Shown: piece after piece, positions 1 through 9,383 of the stretch | Numbering within the stretch: position 1 is the first letter of the stretch | How the letters are laid out: every line of letters begins with the position of its first letter | Source of the DNA: an uncultured Armatimonadia bacterium | Lineage (GTDB): Bacteria > Armatimonadota > Zipacnadia > CAVVLO01 | Direction of reading: 5' to 3' | Assembly: GCA_963749155.1 (NCBI GenBank) | Contig: CAVVLO010000003.1 | Coordinates: 224,001 to 288,000 of the forward strand | Length of the DNA: 64,000 nucleotides | Translations under genes and position numbers: made by a program | Notes under the pieces: model-generated | Databases searched by the model: none | What the model was told of the DNA's origin: nothing | Seen by the model: the letters and a program-made list of their open reading frames with translations, nothing else

Positions 1-69
1 CGCGAAAGTGACTGGCCCGCTGCCTGTGCCGTAATCAAGCACCTCGCCAAAGGTCTCCCGCTGGAGTAA
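1..69 (+). CDS. 3' end of a gene entering the window (RESDWPAACAVIKHLAKGLPLE*), product unknown
   Basis: Open frame from base 1 to TAA at 67-69 with genome-typical codons; too short to identify. Confidence 0.5.
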   Translation, partial: RESDWPAACAVIKHLAKGLPLE

Positions 70-152
70 CTCCTGCAAACGCCTTACTAGTTGCTCTGAT
101 CTGTCCTGACGGCCTTCCGGGGTAGAGAGACGCATCTGGCTTTCCTCCTGAC

Positions 153-169
153 TAGTTTTATGAAAACTA
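153..169. promoter_or_regulatory. AT-rich palindrome TAGTTTT-ATG-AAAACTA, candidate operator
   Basis: Perfect 7-bp inverted repeat in a GC-rich background, about 90 bp upstream of the hydrolase start. Confidence 0.45.
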
Positions 170-260
170 TACACCTCGCATCTTCCGTGGACCAGTCCTG
201 GGCAGGCCCACTCGAAGTCCTGGCGAAAGCTGAGGACAAGTCCAAACAAAAGGAACTCAA

Positions 261-1076
261 ATGGCTTCTGGAGAAACTCAATTAGATGTCCGCAGTTATG
301 GCTCTACTGGCCCGCTGGTTATCGTTGTGCACGGTGGGCCTGGCGCGCCAGGTTCCGCGCAGGGACTGGCCTGGCCGCTGATGCAGCGCTTCCGCGTGCT
401 GGAGCCCTTTCAATGCAGGCGGGGCGAGCAGCCGCTTTCTGTTGCGACCCATGTGGCAGACCTTGCCGCCCTTATCGCCGATCAGCAGGAGCAGCGCCCG
501 GCACTCGTGGGTCATTCCTGGGGGGCGATGCTTGTACTGGCGCTGGCTGCGGCGCATCCGGAGCTGGTCGGGCCACTGGCGCTGGTCGGATGCGGCACCT
601 TCGACACCCAGGCTCGAGCCGTTTTCCGCCAGACCTCGGATGAGCGACTTGGCGCCGAAGGCAGGGCCAGGCTGGCCAGGCTCGAGGAGGACTATCCTGA
701 CGAGGAGGAGCGCTACGCCGCGCTGGGGGCGCTGTATGGTGAGATTTACGAGTATGACGCGGAGCCCTCTCCACCCAATCCCCAGCCTGGGGACGCCGTA
801 GGCGGTGAGGAAGCCTGGCAGGATATGCTGCGGCTGCAAGAGGCGGGTGTCTATCCGCAATCCTTTTCGGCCATCACCAGCCCTGTCCTGATGCTGCACG
901 GCGACTGGGATCCCCACCCCGGCCCACTCATACGTGACGGTTTGAAGCGATATATCCCAGAGCTCGAATACCATGAGCTGCCTCTTTGCGGCCACGAGCC
1001 CTGGCGAGAGCGCCAGGCCAGAGAGCGGTTCTTTAGCGCGCTGACCGAGTGGCTGCTGAAAAACTCAGCCAGCTAG
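261..1076 (+). CDS. Alpha/beta hydrolase (proline iminopeptidase-like)
   Basis: HGGPG oxyanion motif, GHSWG nucleophile elbow, HGDWD and C-terminal GHEPW; AAGGA RBS. Confidence 0.85.
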   Translation: MASGETQLDVRSYGSTGPLVIVVHGGPGAPGSAQGLAWPLMQRFRVLEPFQCRRGEQPLSVATHVADLAALIADQQEQRPALVGHSWGAMLVLALAAAHPELVGPLALVGCGTFDTQARAVFRQTSDERLGAEGRARLARLEEDYPDEEERYAALGALYGEIYEYDAEPSPPNPQPGDAVGGEEAWQDMLRLQEAGVYPQSFSAITSPVLMLHGDWDPHPGPLIRDGLKRYIPELEYHELPLCGHEPWRERQARERFFSALTEWLLKNSAS

Positions 1077-2341
1077 ACCAACTCGCGCGCGCCTTCGGTA
1101 GCAGCTTTATGTGTTCTGGTCGCCTCGTTTTTCAGCCAGTAGAGAAGTCCAATTAGCAACAACGGGTAGGCGGTAGCGACTAGCAAGCCAGTGCGCAGGC
1201 CAATCTGTTCTGCCGTGGCCTGGGGCCCAAGCAAAGTGTGGAAGAGCGCCTGAAAGGGCGAGCCCAGGTCGGCGAGATAGCCAACGAACCAGGGCGCGAC
1301 AGCCGCGCCTAGATCGCCCGAGGCAGCCATAACCGCAAACATCGAAGCGCCCGCAAGCGGAAAGCGCGCGGCCGTGACCGAGAGCATTCCCGGCCAGAGC
1401 AGACTTACCCCAAGCCCCGCAATGACACAGGCGGCAAGTGAAATAAAAGGCCAGGGCGCCAGGCTTGCAATCAGGTACACCACGACTGAAAGGCAGGCGC
1501 AAACCAGCAGAACGCGATGCAGGTTCAGCTTCTCTCCCTTTATCCCGAACCAGACTCGCCCAACGCCAATTGCGGCAGCAAAGAGGCACATCCCGCCCAG
1601 GTCGCCCCACAGTTTTGGAAAGCCAAGGCCGCGTTCGGCATAGGCAGAAATCCACTGGTTAACCGAGACTTCCGAGGCGCCTGCAAGACCGATGCACGCT
1701 ACCGCTACAAGGTAGGCAGGTTGCCTGATAAGACTGCGCATACGCTGGCGCTGGGCCTCAGGGACGAAGGGGGGCAGAGTGAGCCGCGCAAAACCGATAG
1801 TCGCAAGCAGGGGGAATATCGCCCAGCAAAGCGTCAGAAGCCGCCAGTGAGAGACTCCGAAAGCGAACAGGGCCAGGGTGGTGAAGAGTATCACGCAGAG
1901 CTGGCCCCAGGCATAAAAAGAATGGGCCAGCGCCATATCCTGGGCTTTCTGCTCGGAGGGCACGGCGTTCATTATCGGGCTGAGCATCAGCTCCAGAAGC
2001 CCCGCGCCCGCCGCGAAGACGAGAGTGCCGATTACCAGCCCTGTATAAGGGTGTTCCAGCAAGGCGGGCAGCACGGCAAACAGAACCAGCCCCAGGCAGG
2101 CCAGGGCGTTTGCCGCCACTATAAAGCGCTTGGGGCCTACCTTCGGCACGAGCGCGCCGCATCCAAGGTCCATTACAATCTGGATGCTGAAATTGATCAG
2201 GATGAGTCTTCCGAGCTGCTCGTAGGTCAGGCCGAGTTCAGTCTTCAAGGGAATAAAAAGTACAGGCGCCAGATTGATTACCAGCGCCTGCACAAACATA
2301 CCCAGATAACAGAACCTGACGACTAACCGGTTGCTGTCCAC
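1073..2341 (-). CDS. MFS transporter (FucP-like sugar permease)
   Basis: 422 aa with about 12 hydrophobic segments; GLTYEQLG, LAHSFYAWG and GASEVSVNQW motifs typical of FucP-like MFS proteins. Confidence 0.85.
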   Translation of the reverse strand: MDSNRLVVRFCYLGMFVQALVINLAPVLFIPLKTELGLTYEQLGRLILINFSIQIVMDLGCGALVPKVGPKRFIVAANALACLGLVLFAVLPALLEHPYTGLVIGTLVFAAGAGLLELMLSPIMNAVPSEQKAQDMALAHSFYAWGQLCVILFTTLALFAFGVSHWRLLTLCWAIFPLLATIGFARLTLPPFVPEAQRQRMRSLIRQPAYLVAVACIGLAGASEVSVNQWISAYAERGLGFPKLWGDLGGMCLFAAAIGVGRVWFGIKGEKLNLHRVLLVCACLSVVVYLIASLAPWPFISLAACVIAGLGVSLLWPGMLSVTAARFPLAGASMFAVMAASGDLGAAVAPWFVGYLADLGSPFQALFHTLLGPQATAEQIGLRTGLLVATAYPLLLIGLLYWLKNEATRTHKAATEGARELV

Positions 2342-2444
2342 TCGGAATCCTTTTGGCTAGATTGTCCACATCCTGGCCAGCGCGAAGCTGTTCCAAGGGC
2401 CCAATCCAGCGAAGCATCCAGGTGGTTGCCGGTTGCCAGTTGGG

Positions 2445-2675
2445 CTATTTGACAGTTTTTTTGCGCGCCCCAACCGGGGTTGCCACGAGCCAGCCGGTCG
2501 GCATCATATCATCCGAAGGCGGTACGCCGTGCTCCTTACGGTATTCCTTCCGCTTGCATTCTGCCTCTTTGGGGCCTTTACAGTAGGTTTTCATAAACCC
2601 TTTACAAGCCAGATCCTTGGTCTTCTGATATTTCTTGAAGTAGCCGCACTGTTCGAGCAACTCACAATCTGCCAT
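2445..2675 (-). CDS. Small Cys-rich hypothetical protein (76 aa)
   Basis: GGGAGG RBS before ATG; five Cys (CELLEQC..ACKG..YCKG..ECKR) and PPSDDMMP tail; candidate promoter upstream. Confidence 0.75.
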   Translation of the reverse strand: MADCELLEQCGYFKKYQKTKDLACKGFMKTYCKGPKEAECKRKEYRKEHGVPPSDDMMPTGWLVATPVGARKKTVK

Positions 2676-2736
2676 AAGCCAGCCTCCCTGGGGTTTGTGA
2701 GGGCCTTGTAGCCCCTTCCCTGTGCTGGTTCAGGCT

Positions 2737-2765
2737 TTATCGGCAGACTGGGCACTGAAACTTTA
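2737..2765 (-). promoter_or_regulatory. Sigma-28 (FliA/SigD)-like promoter
   Basis: Minus strand reads TAAAGTTT-N13-GCCGATAA; both boxes match the established sigma-28 consensus, spacer 2 nt longer than the E. coli N11. Confidence 0.6.
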
Positions 2766-2798
2766 GCTTTTCGCGAAAGAAATTTCTGGAAAATTTGT

Positions 2799-3636
2799 TT
2801 AGCTTGCTCTCGCCGTTGCCAGCGCCTCGTGTAAAAAGCCAGCATACTCGCCAACGAGGGGGTCTTCGTCCTGCCGATTCCATCGCGACCACTTCGATAT
2901 GCGCAGTGATGCGCTGAGGCTGGCGGTCGAGTATCGCCGCGATAGCCGCCAGGTCTGGGATGGACTGCTCCGGATGGCCAGTGGTCAGCACCGCGCCATA
3001 ATCACGGAAGACGAAATGCACTCCCTTGAAGTGGCAATTAACGATGTGCGGGGCGAACTCCTCGGCAAAGGCGACGGCGTCCTCCCCCACTGGCAGCAGG
3101 TTGCCGGTGTCCAGCGTGATGGCAAGGAAAGGCGAATCCACGGCCGCCAGCAGGTAGCGGAAGTCCGCTGAGCGGAAGTCGAGATGGCCTTCCAGCGCGA
3201 TAGTGATGCCCGCCTGCTCCGCCAGTGCCACGACGCGTTTGAGGTTGTCTGCGCAGAGCGCAAGCGGGGGCTGGTCGCCGATGGAAAGCCGCTGGTTCAG
3301 CATCCCATCGAACCGCAGTCGCTCGGCGCCGATGTAGCGAGAGACCTCGAGCTGCGTGGCCACCATCGCGAGCATCCCCTCGCGCTCGGACTCATCCGCC
3401 ATCAGCGGCGCGAAGCCCGAAACCTGGCAGGCGATGTCACGCTCAGCGGCCAGGCGCTTGAGGAGTTTTACCTGGTCCCAGTCGCAGCCATCGGGACTGT
3501 GGCAGGGGAAGTGACACCACTCGTTGGACTCGAGGTCCAGCTCCTCGCAGCGCGCGATGAAGCGCTCTGGCGTCATCTTCCCTTCTTGCCAGGACAGGTG
3601 GTACGAATAGCTCATAAGACCAGGCACAACAGGCAT
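2799..3636 (-). CDS. Sugar phosphate isomerase/epimerase (xylose-isomerase-like TIM barrel); one frameshift near 2873
   Basis: IALEGH, LDTGN, NCHFK and HIE metal motifs; removing one base gives the C-terminus ..DEDPLVGEYAGFLHEALATARAS*. Confidence 0.8.
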
Positions 3637-3655
3637 CTGGGCGTCCTCCCCGGCT

Positions 3656-4628
3656 TTAGTGGACCTGACTCCAGTCCAGCACCTGCAACAAACCCTCGGC
3701 GCGCGCATCACGCAGGGCCTCATACAGGGGCTGGATGTCGGCTGGATTCCGTTTTACGATGAACTGGGGCCCCGCGATGCTGCCCTCGGCAAGCCAGGAG
3801 AGAGCCGTGCGCAGGTTGCTCCACAGGCTGACTGGTTGAAGCTCGTTCTCGTGCATCGGCAGCGCCCATTCCCAACCGCCGCGGATGGTGAGATAGCCGA
3901 AGAAGATGGCTTTCAGCAGCGTGAAGGCCGACTGCTCGGTGCGCTGATGCCAGGGAGTGCCGACCTGGACGAGTTCGCCAGCGCGGCGCATCAGGCCGCA
4001 AGCGTCCAGCATAGCCTGCTCGTGGCTGGAGCACTCGAGGGCCAGCGCGACCCGCCCGCCGATGACGGGGGCAGCCTCGGCGGCAGTGCCGAACACAAGC
4101 TGGATGCCTGCCTCGCTCGCCCAGGCGCGCCGCTCGGCCTTAGGCTCCAGCAGGGCGACCTGATCAGCCGGCGCGTTTGAAGTTCTGCAGCGCGCAGAAG
4201 CCGATTGGCCCGCCGCCGGTGACGAGGACCAGCTCGCCGGGCTTTGCCTGGCTGGTGGTGAGGCTGGTCATCGTGACGCCCATCAGCCGGGCAATCGTTG
4301 CGGCCTCGGGCGCAAGCCCCGCCGGCACCTCGGCTGTCTCGCCAAGGGCGGTCTGCTGGACGCTGCGATGGGTTCCAAAGCACAAGCGGACACTGCCGAT
4401 AACGCAAGTGTCAACGCCTGGGCCGACTTCGTCCACCTGAAAGACCGACGCATAGCCAGGATAATTGGGGAAGCTGTCGCCGGTGAAGTTCCAGTTTATT
4501 TCGGTACCCGCGCTTATCAGAGTGGCGAGGGTCTTCCCCCGCACCTCGCCCGCGGCGAGTTCGGGTAGTTGCTCGGCAATCAGTTCGGCGCGTTCGCGCG
4601 CTGTAATTACTACGGTCAGGCTCTGCAT
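3656..4628 (-). CDS. Zn-type (MDR) sugar/alcohol dehydrogenase, YcjQ-like; one frameshift near 4165
   Basis: LISAGTE, YPGY and GGGPIG Rossmann motifs; ORFs 4164-4628 and 3656-4096 join if GGCTGAT is read as GGCTAT. Confidence 0.8.
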
Positions 4629-4646
4629 CTTGGTCCTCCAGTATTG

Positions 4647-5729
4647 TTAGCGCACTTCATCAAGCCGCACGAGGCGGCGTTCTTTGAGAGACTTGTCAGC
4701 GGCCAGATAAGCCCGAACAGTGTGCAGGTTGTCTTCGCCGCTCGATATATGGGGCCGGTCGTCGGTGATGGCGTCCATCAGGTCGCCCATCGTGCCCAGG
4801 TAGCTGTCCATCCGCCATTGGTCCTGGTCATCGCCGAGGTCCCACTCGTGCCAGAGGCTGCCCCAGTCCTTCGACCAGAGGCGCAGCTTGCCAAAGGGGA
4901 AGCCCTCTATTGCGCCCTTGGTGCCCTCGATGCGGAAGCGCCAGCCGGCCGGGGCAAGACTCGTCTGGTTCATCGCCAGGTTTGCCACGGCGCCGTTTGC
5001 GAAATTGACGCTGAAGCTCATTGCCAGCTCGCCCTTGAAGTTCTGGCCGGGCCTTCGCGCGCCCGTGCAGAAGACGCTGACGGGGTCTTCGTCCATCCAG
5101 AAGCGCAAAAAGTCGAAATGATGCGCTCCCCATTCCACGGTCATAAAGTCGTCGAGTTCGGCGTTCCAGCGACGCTCTGGCATCAGGTCCCAGTAGATGT
5201 GATCCTGGTCGCCGACCATCTCTTCGCTGATGTAGTAGACCTCTCCGATGGCTCCCTGACGCAGGAGCGCCCAGGCGCCGCGGAAGACGTTGAGCCAGCG
5301 ATAATGCGAGTTGACGCCGAGCTTCACGCCCGCCCGGTTGCAGGCGGCGACCATACGCATCCCATCGGCCAGGGAACGCGAGAAAGGCTTCTGCACCAGC
5401 ACGTGTTTGCCCGCGGCGGCGCAGGCCTCGACCAGTTCGGCGCGGCCGAAGGTCTGCGTGGAGAGGTCGATAATCTGCACCTCGGGCAGCGCCAGCAGGT
5501 CGTGAAAATCGGTGAAGGTATGCTGGAGGCCATATTCGTTGTGCGCGAACTCCAGCTCCCCCTCGCGCAGGTCGGCGATACCGACGACGTTGAAGCCGCA
5601 GCGCTTGTAAGCTGGCAGATGAGCGGTCTTCACAACCCAGCCGCAGCCCAGGATGCCGATACCGTAATCGGTCTTCTTCGGGTGAGGCCTGATATCCAGT
5701 TCAGGCTTGACAGGACCTGACTCACTCAT
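4647..5729 (-). CDS. Gfo/Idh/MocA family oxidoreductase
   Basis: GILGCGW, AGKHVLVQKP and HHFD motifs; GGAGG RBS before ATG 5729. Confidence 0.9.
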   Translation of the reverse strand: MSESGPVKPELDIRPHPKKTDYGIGILGCGWVVKTAHLPAYKRCGFNVVGIADLREGELEFAHNEYGLQHTFTDFHDLLALPEVQIIDLSTQTFGRAELVEACAAAGKHVLVQKPFSRSLADGMRMVAACNRAGVKLGVNSHYRWLNVFRGAWALLRQGAIGEVYYISEEMVGDQDHIYWDLMPERRWNAELDDFMTVEWGAHHFDFLRFWMDEDPVSVFCTGARRPGQNFKGELAMSFSVNFANGAVANLAMNQTSLAPAGWRFRIEGTKGAIEGFPFGKLRLWSKDWGSLWHEWDLGDDQDQWRMDSYLGTMGDLMDAITDDRPHISSGEDNLHTVRAYLAADKSLKERRLVRLDEVR

Positions 5730-5785
5730 AGGGAGCCTCCTTGGGAAGGTAGCGCGGCGGGTATTCGGCAAGGCGGATGCATCTC

Positions 5786-8172
5786 CTACTCGACCACGAC
5801 CTCAAATACGTCCAGGAGATTAACGATGCGGAAAGCAGTAAAGGTGGCCGGCTGTGGCAGGATGAAGCGGGCAAGCGAGAAGCTACCTTCCTCTGCCGGC
5901 TGGCAGGTGGCAAGGTCTTCCCAGGCGCCGCCAAGTGCCCTGATGCTGCAGCCTGATCGTGCGGCCCTGCATCGAGGGGTGTTTGAGGAAGTAGACGGTG
6001 ACCTGGCTGACCTGTTGAGGCGCGTCCCAGGCAAGCTGAAGCCATTCTTCGTTGGGCTCCACCAGCGCGCCGGGCCAGAAGAGGGTAGAGGTCAGCCCGT
6101 CCACGGCGTATTTGGGCGGATAACGCCCCTCATCCGCCATCACGGAGGCAGTTACCTTCGCCTTGGTTGCCAGGTTCGGCGGAATCAGGAGCAGCGCCAT
6201 CGCAGCCTGACGCAAGGGCTCCAGAGCGTTCTTGCGCACCACTTCGTCTGGGAAATCACTTAGTGAGGCGCCGAGGTCAGCGAGAAAGCCATCCAGTCCG
6301 GCTTCATCGGCCGTCAGGCGGCGCAGATTGCCCAGGGCCACACCGAAGGCAGGCTCGGTGCCGAACCGGCCGAGGGGCCAGGTGCCATCACCCCACAGTC
6401 GGTGCCAGCCATGGGCATCATCCCAGGTGAGATAAGCTGCGAAGATGTCTCGGTAAAGCTGCAAGGCAACCGCTTCTTCTGTGGTGGGAGCTAACTCGGC
6501 ATACAGCCGGGCCAGCGCGAGTTGCAGGCGGAGTTGCATCAGCAGCGCCTGAGCAGCGATGTCAGGGGTTGGGAAGAGCTTCCTGCCAAGGAGGCCGGGC
6601 TTGCCCAGCCTGTCCGTTTCAAGGAGAGAGCCGAGTTGTTCCACCAGTGATTCAAGCCGGGCCACTTCGTTCACCGGCAAGGCTTCGTAGCACTGGGCGA
6701 TGAGTTCGGAGTGCTCGGGGTAGAGCAGGCAAGTCGCCTCTCGCAGCACTTCGGCCTCAGGGCGGCTTCGCCGGTCGGGGTCCCATTCGCATTGCAGATA
6801 TTGATAGATGCGCGGCAGTTGGAGGATTGGGCACTGCGTGTTGCCCATCATCCCGGCAAGCTCTGGATAGGCGTCCAGCCCCTCGAAAACTCGGTTGACC
6901 TCGGCAAGGCCCGGATTGGTGCCGGGGTAGGAAGGCTCCGCTTCGATGGTGTTGTATGGCAGATAGACGGTCTTGCTCAGGACGCCAGCCCGCTGGCACT
7001 CGGGCAGATAGACAGGCACTCCCGCGATGAGCCACCAGGGCTCGGGCAGGGAGTCCTTCAGCGCCTGGATGGTCGCCGCGCCGTGTTCGGGATTGAAGCC
7101 TTCAGACCACTCCGCGCCCCAGCCGAACCACAACCAGTCGATTACTCTGGTCTGGTTGCCCTTCTCGCTGTGCTCATCCAGCAGCCGGCGGGTATCGGTG
7201 AGGAGAGTCATATACTCGGACAGTGGACTACCGGGGAAGCCGCCGGGATCAGTGTCTATGGTGCAGACGCCATCAGCGCTGGTCACAACACTGTAAAGAG
7301 CCTCGTGAGCAGCTCGTATCTCGCGCAAGGCCTCTGGGTCGCCGGGATCGAGATCCTTCTGCTCGGGCCGCCAGTAGGGGCGCTTGCGCGGGTCAGCCAC
7401 ACCGAGGTCACTTTGGGCTACCCGGTTCGCAGCCTGCATAAGCCAGACTTCCATCCCGTGACACTGCTGGGCGTACTGGACGAGGCGATTTACCTCTTCG
7501 AGATAGGCGCGATCCTCGCTTGAGAGCGGCAGGGGGATGATCTCCATAAACGGCCACAGGTACAGCAGATTGACCTGCTGGCAGGCAAGCCCATCGATAA
7601 AGCGTTGCCATTCGGACTCGGTCCAGTTGCGGAAGGTGTAGGGCGAATCGAAGGCCCAGCCGTTGAAGTGAAGGCCGCGCACCGCGAAATAAGGCTTGCT
7701 CACGAGGTCAAGAGGGGCCTCGAGATAAGGCCCGGAACTCCCCCACTCGCACCCGGCGGGCTAGCTCGGCCAGGGCGTTACGCGTACCCTGAGGGGCTGC
7801 GCCGAAGGCCAATATTACCGGCTGGCCAGCGAGATCTGTAGCGCGCAGGCAGAAGCCCTGCTCGCCAAGCGATGCCGCTGAGGGCGCTTCAAAGCCAGGC
7901 ACTTGCGCTGCAAGCTCGGAGCCGACAAGAATCAGCACTGAAGCAGTCGGGTCGGGAGTGGAAAGGACCTGCACCTTGCTCTCTGCCAGTTCTGAGAGGA
8001 ACTGCGCAAGGTCGCTTGCGGCATAGCTGACATAGCTCGGTTGATTTTCCGGCAGCACGAGGGCACAACCTGCCAGGTCAATACGTCCGGAGCTAGCATC
8101 TTCATCCGCTGGCAAAGCGCAGGTCGCAAGCAGACCGAAAAGCAGACAGAATATAAGCAGCAGGATTTCCAT
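5786..8172 (-). CDS. Secreted putative glycoside hydrolase: GH20/GH67-type N-terminal domain, uncharacterised barrel, C-terminal F5/8-type C (CBM32-like); frameshifts near 7730 and 5938
   Basis: Signal peptide; YAASDLAQFL..LGEQGF..GTRNAL..PYFAVRG pattern of beta-hexosaminidase/alpha-glucuronidase N-domains; NLATKAKVTAS..YAVDG..W..EWLQL discoidin motif. Confidence 0.65.
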
Positions 8173-8328
8173 AACGCTTCACTTCCATCGAGGTAGCAGG
8201 TATCGGCGCGCTGGTATTCGGTGGGTATTTGGGCGAACCTGCCAGGGTTATGGTCGTCCCGCAGGGACTCCGGTTGTCCCGGCGAATCTCCAGTTAACAT
8301 ATTCCTCTGCCTCGGGGAGGCGTTTGCC

Positions 8329-9369
8329 TTGCGGACCCTTTTTCTGATGATGATTGCGCTTTGCTTCGTAGCGTTGGTGCTGGTTGGGTGTAGCCAGAAA
8401 GTGGAGGAGCCACCCCAGGTTGCCCCCTCGGCTGCGCCAAAACTGCCGGCCAGCGAGGTCAAGATTGGCTTCATCGTGAAGCAGCCCGAGGAGCCCTGGT
8501 TCCAGCATGAGTGGAAGTTCGCTCAGGAGTGCGCTGACCATTATGGCTTCAGCCTGGTGAAACTGGGCGCGGCTGATGGAGAGAAGGTGCTGGCAGCTAT
8601 CGACAATCTCGCCGCCCAGGGCGCTCAGGGGTTCGTCATCTGCACGCCCGATGTGCGCCTGGGCCCAGCCATCGTCGAAAAAGCCGCCTCTCACAAGCTG
8701 AAGGTCTTCTCGGTGGACGACCGTTTTATCGGGTCGGACGGCAAGCCGATGACCGAGGTGCCGTATATGGGCATCTCGGCCTTTGAGATAGGCAAGATGG
8801 TAGGCAAAGCCTTGCTGGACGAATATACGAAACGCGGCTGGAAGGCCGAGGACACCTGGGCGCTGGGCGTGACCCTGGAAGAGCTGGACACCGCCAAACA
8901 GCGCACCGATGGCGCCAGTGAAGCACTGGCAGAGGGAGGCTTCCCCAAGGAGCATATCTCGATCGCCGCCATCCGGGGCCTGGCCGACGTCACCAACGCC
9001 TTCGATGCCGCCAATGTGGTCCTCACCCAGCACCAGAAGGTGAAACACTGGCTGGTCTTCGGGATGAACGATGAGTCGGTACTGGGCGGTATCCGCGCGC
9101 TGGAAGGCCGCAAGCTGGTCGCAAGCGATGTCATTGGGGTGGGCATAGGCGGCACGACCGGGCGAGTGGACTTCGAGAAGCCTGAAGCGACTGGCTTCTT
9201 CTCAGCAGTGCTTATCAGCCCCAAGCGGCACGGCTACGAGACCACCGAGTATCTGTACAAGTGGATTACCGAGGGCATCGAACCGCCCAAGGAGACACTT
9301 ACCACAGGCCTCCTGATTGATCGCAGCAATTATCGCCAGATAATGCAGGAACAGGGAGTGCTGGACTAG
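8329..9369 (+). CDS. araF: L-arabinose ABC transporter substrate-binding protein (lipoprotein)
   Basis: KIGFIVKQPEEPWFQHEWKFA and GFVICTPD match AraF; GGGGAGG RBS before TTG 8329; LVGC lipobox. Confidence 0.9.
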   Translation: MRTLFLMMIALCFVALVLVGCSQKVEEPPQVAPSAAPKLPASEVKIGFIVKQPEEPWFQHEWKFAQECADHYGFSLVKLGAADGEKVLAAIDNLAAQGAQGFVICTPDVRLGPAIVEKAASHKLKVFSVDDRFIGSDGKPMTEVPYMGISAFEIGKMVGKALLDEYTKRGWKAEDTWALGVTLEELDTAKQRTDGASEALAEGGFPKEHISIAAIRGLADVTNAFDAANVVLTQHQKVKHWLVFGMNDESVLGGIRALEGRKLVASDVIGVGIGGTTGRVDFEKPEATGFFSAVLISPKRHGYETTEYLYKWITEGIEPPKETLTTGLLIDRSNYRQIMQEQGVLD

Positions 9370-9383
9370 CCTCAGAGGGAAAG

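Noticed and set aside
87..281. 64-aa minus-strand ORF
   Set aside because: No RBS or motifs; overlaps the hydrolase start and its probable regulatory region.
2380..2437. Two GCGAAGC mini-hairpins and a GGTTGCC tandem in the MFS upstream gap
   Set aside because: Too short to distinguish from chance at this GC content.
4164..4166. TGA after GGC here and at 59771-59773 as selenocysteine or stop-codon recoding
   Set aside because: The downstream coding continues in the +1 frame, not in frame; GGCTGAT read as GGCTAT restores Gly-Tyr in both genes.
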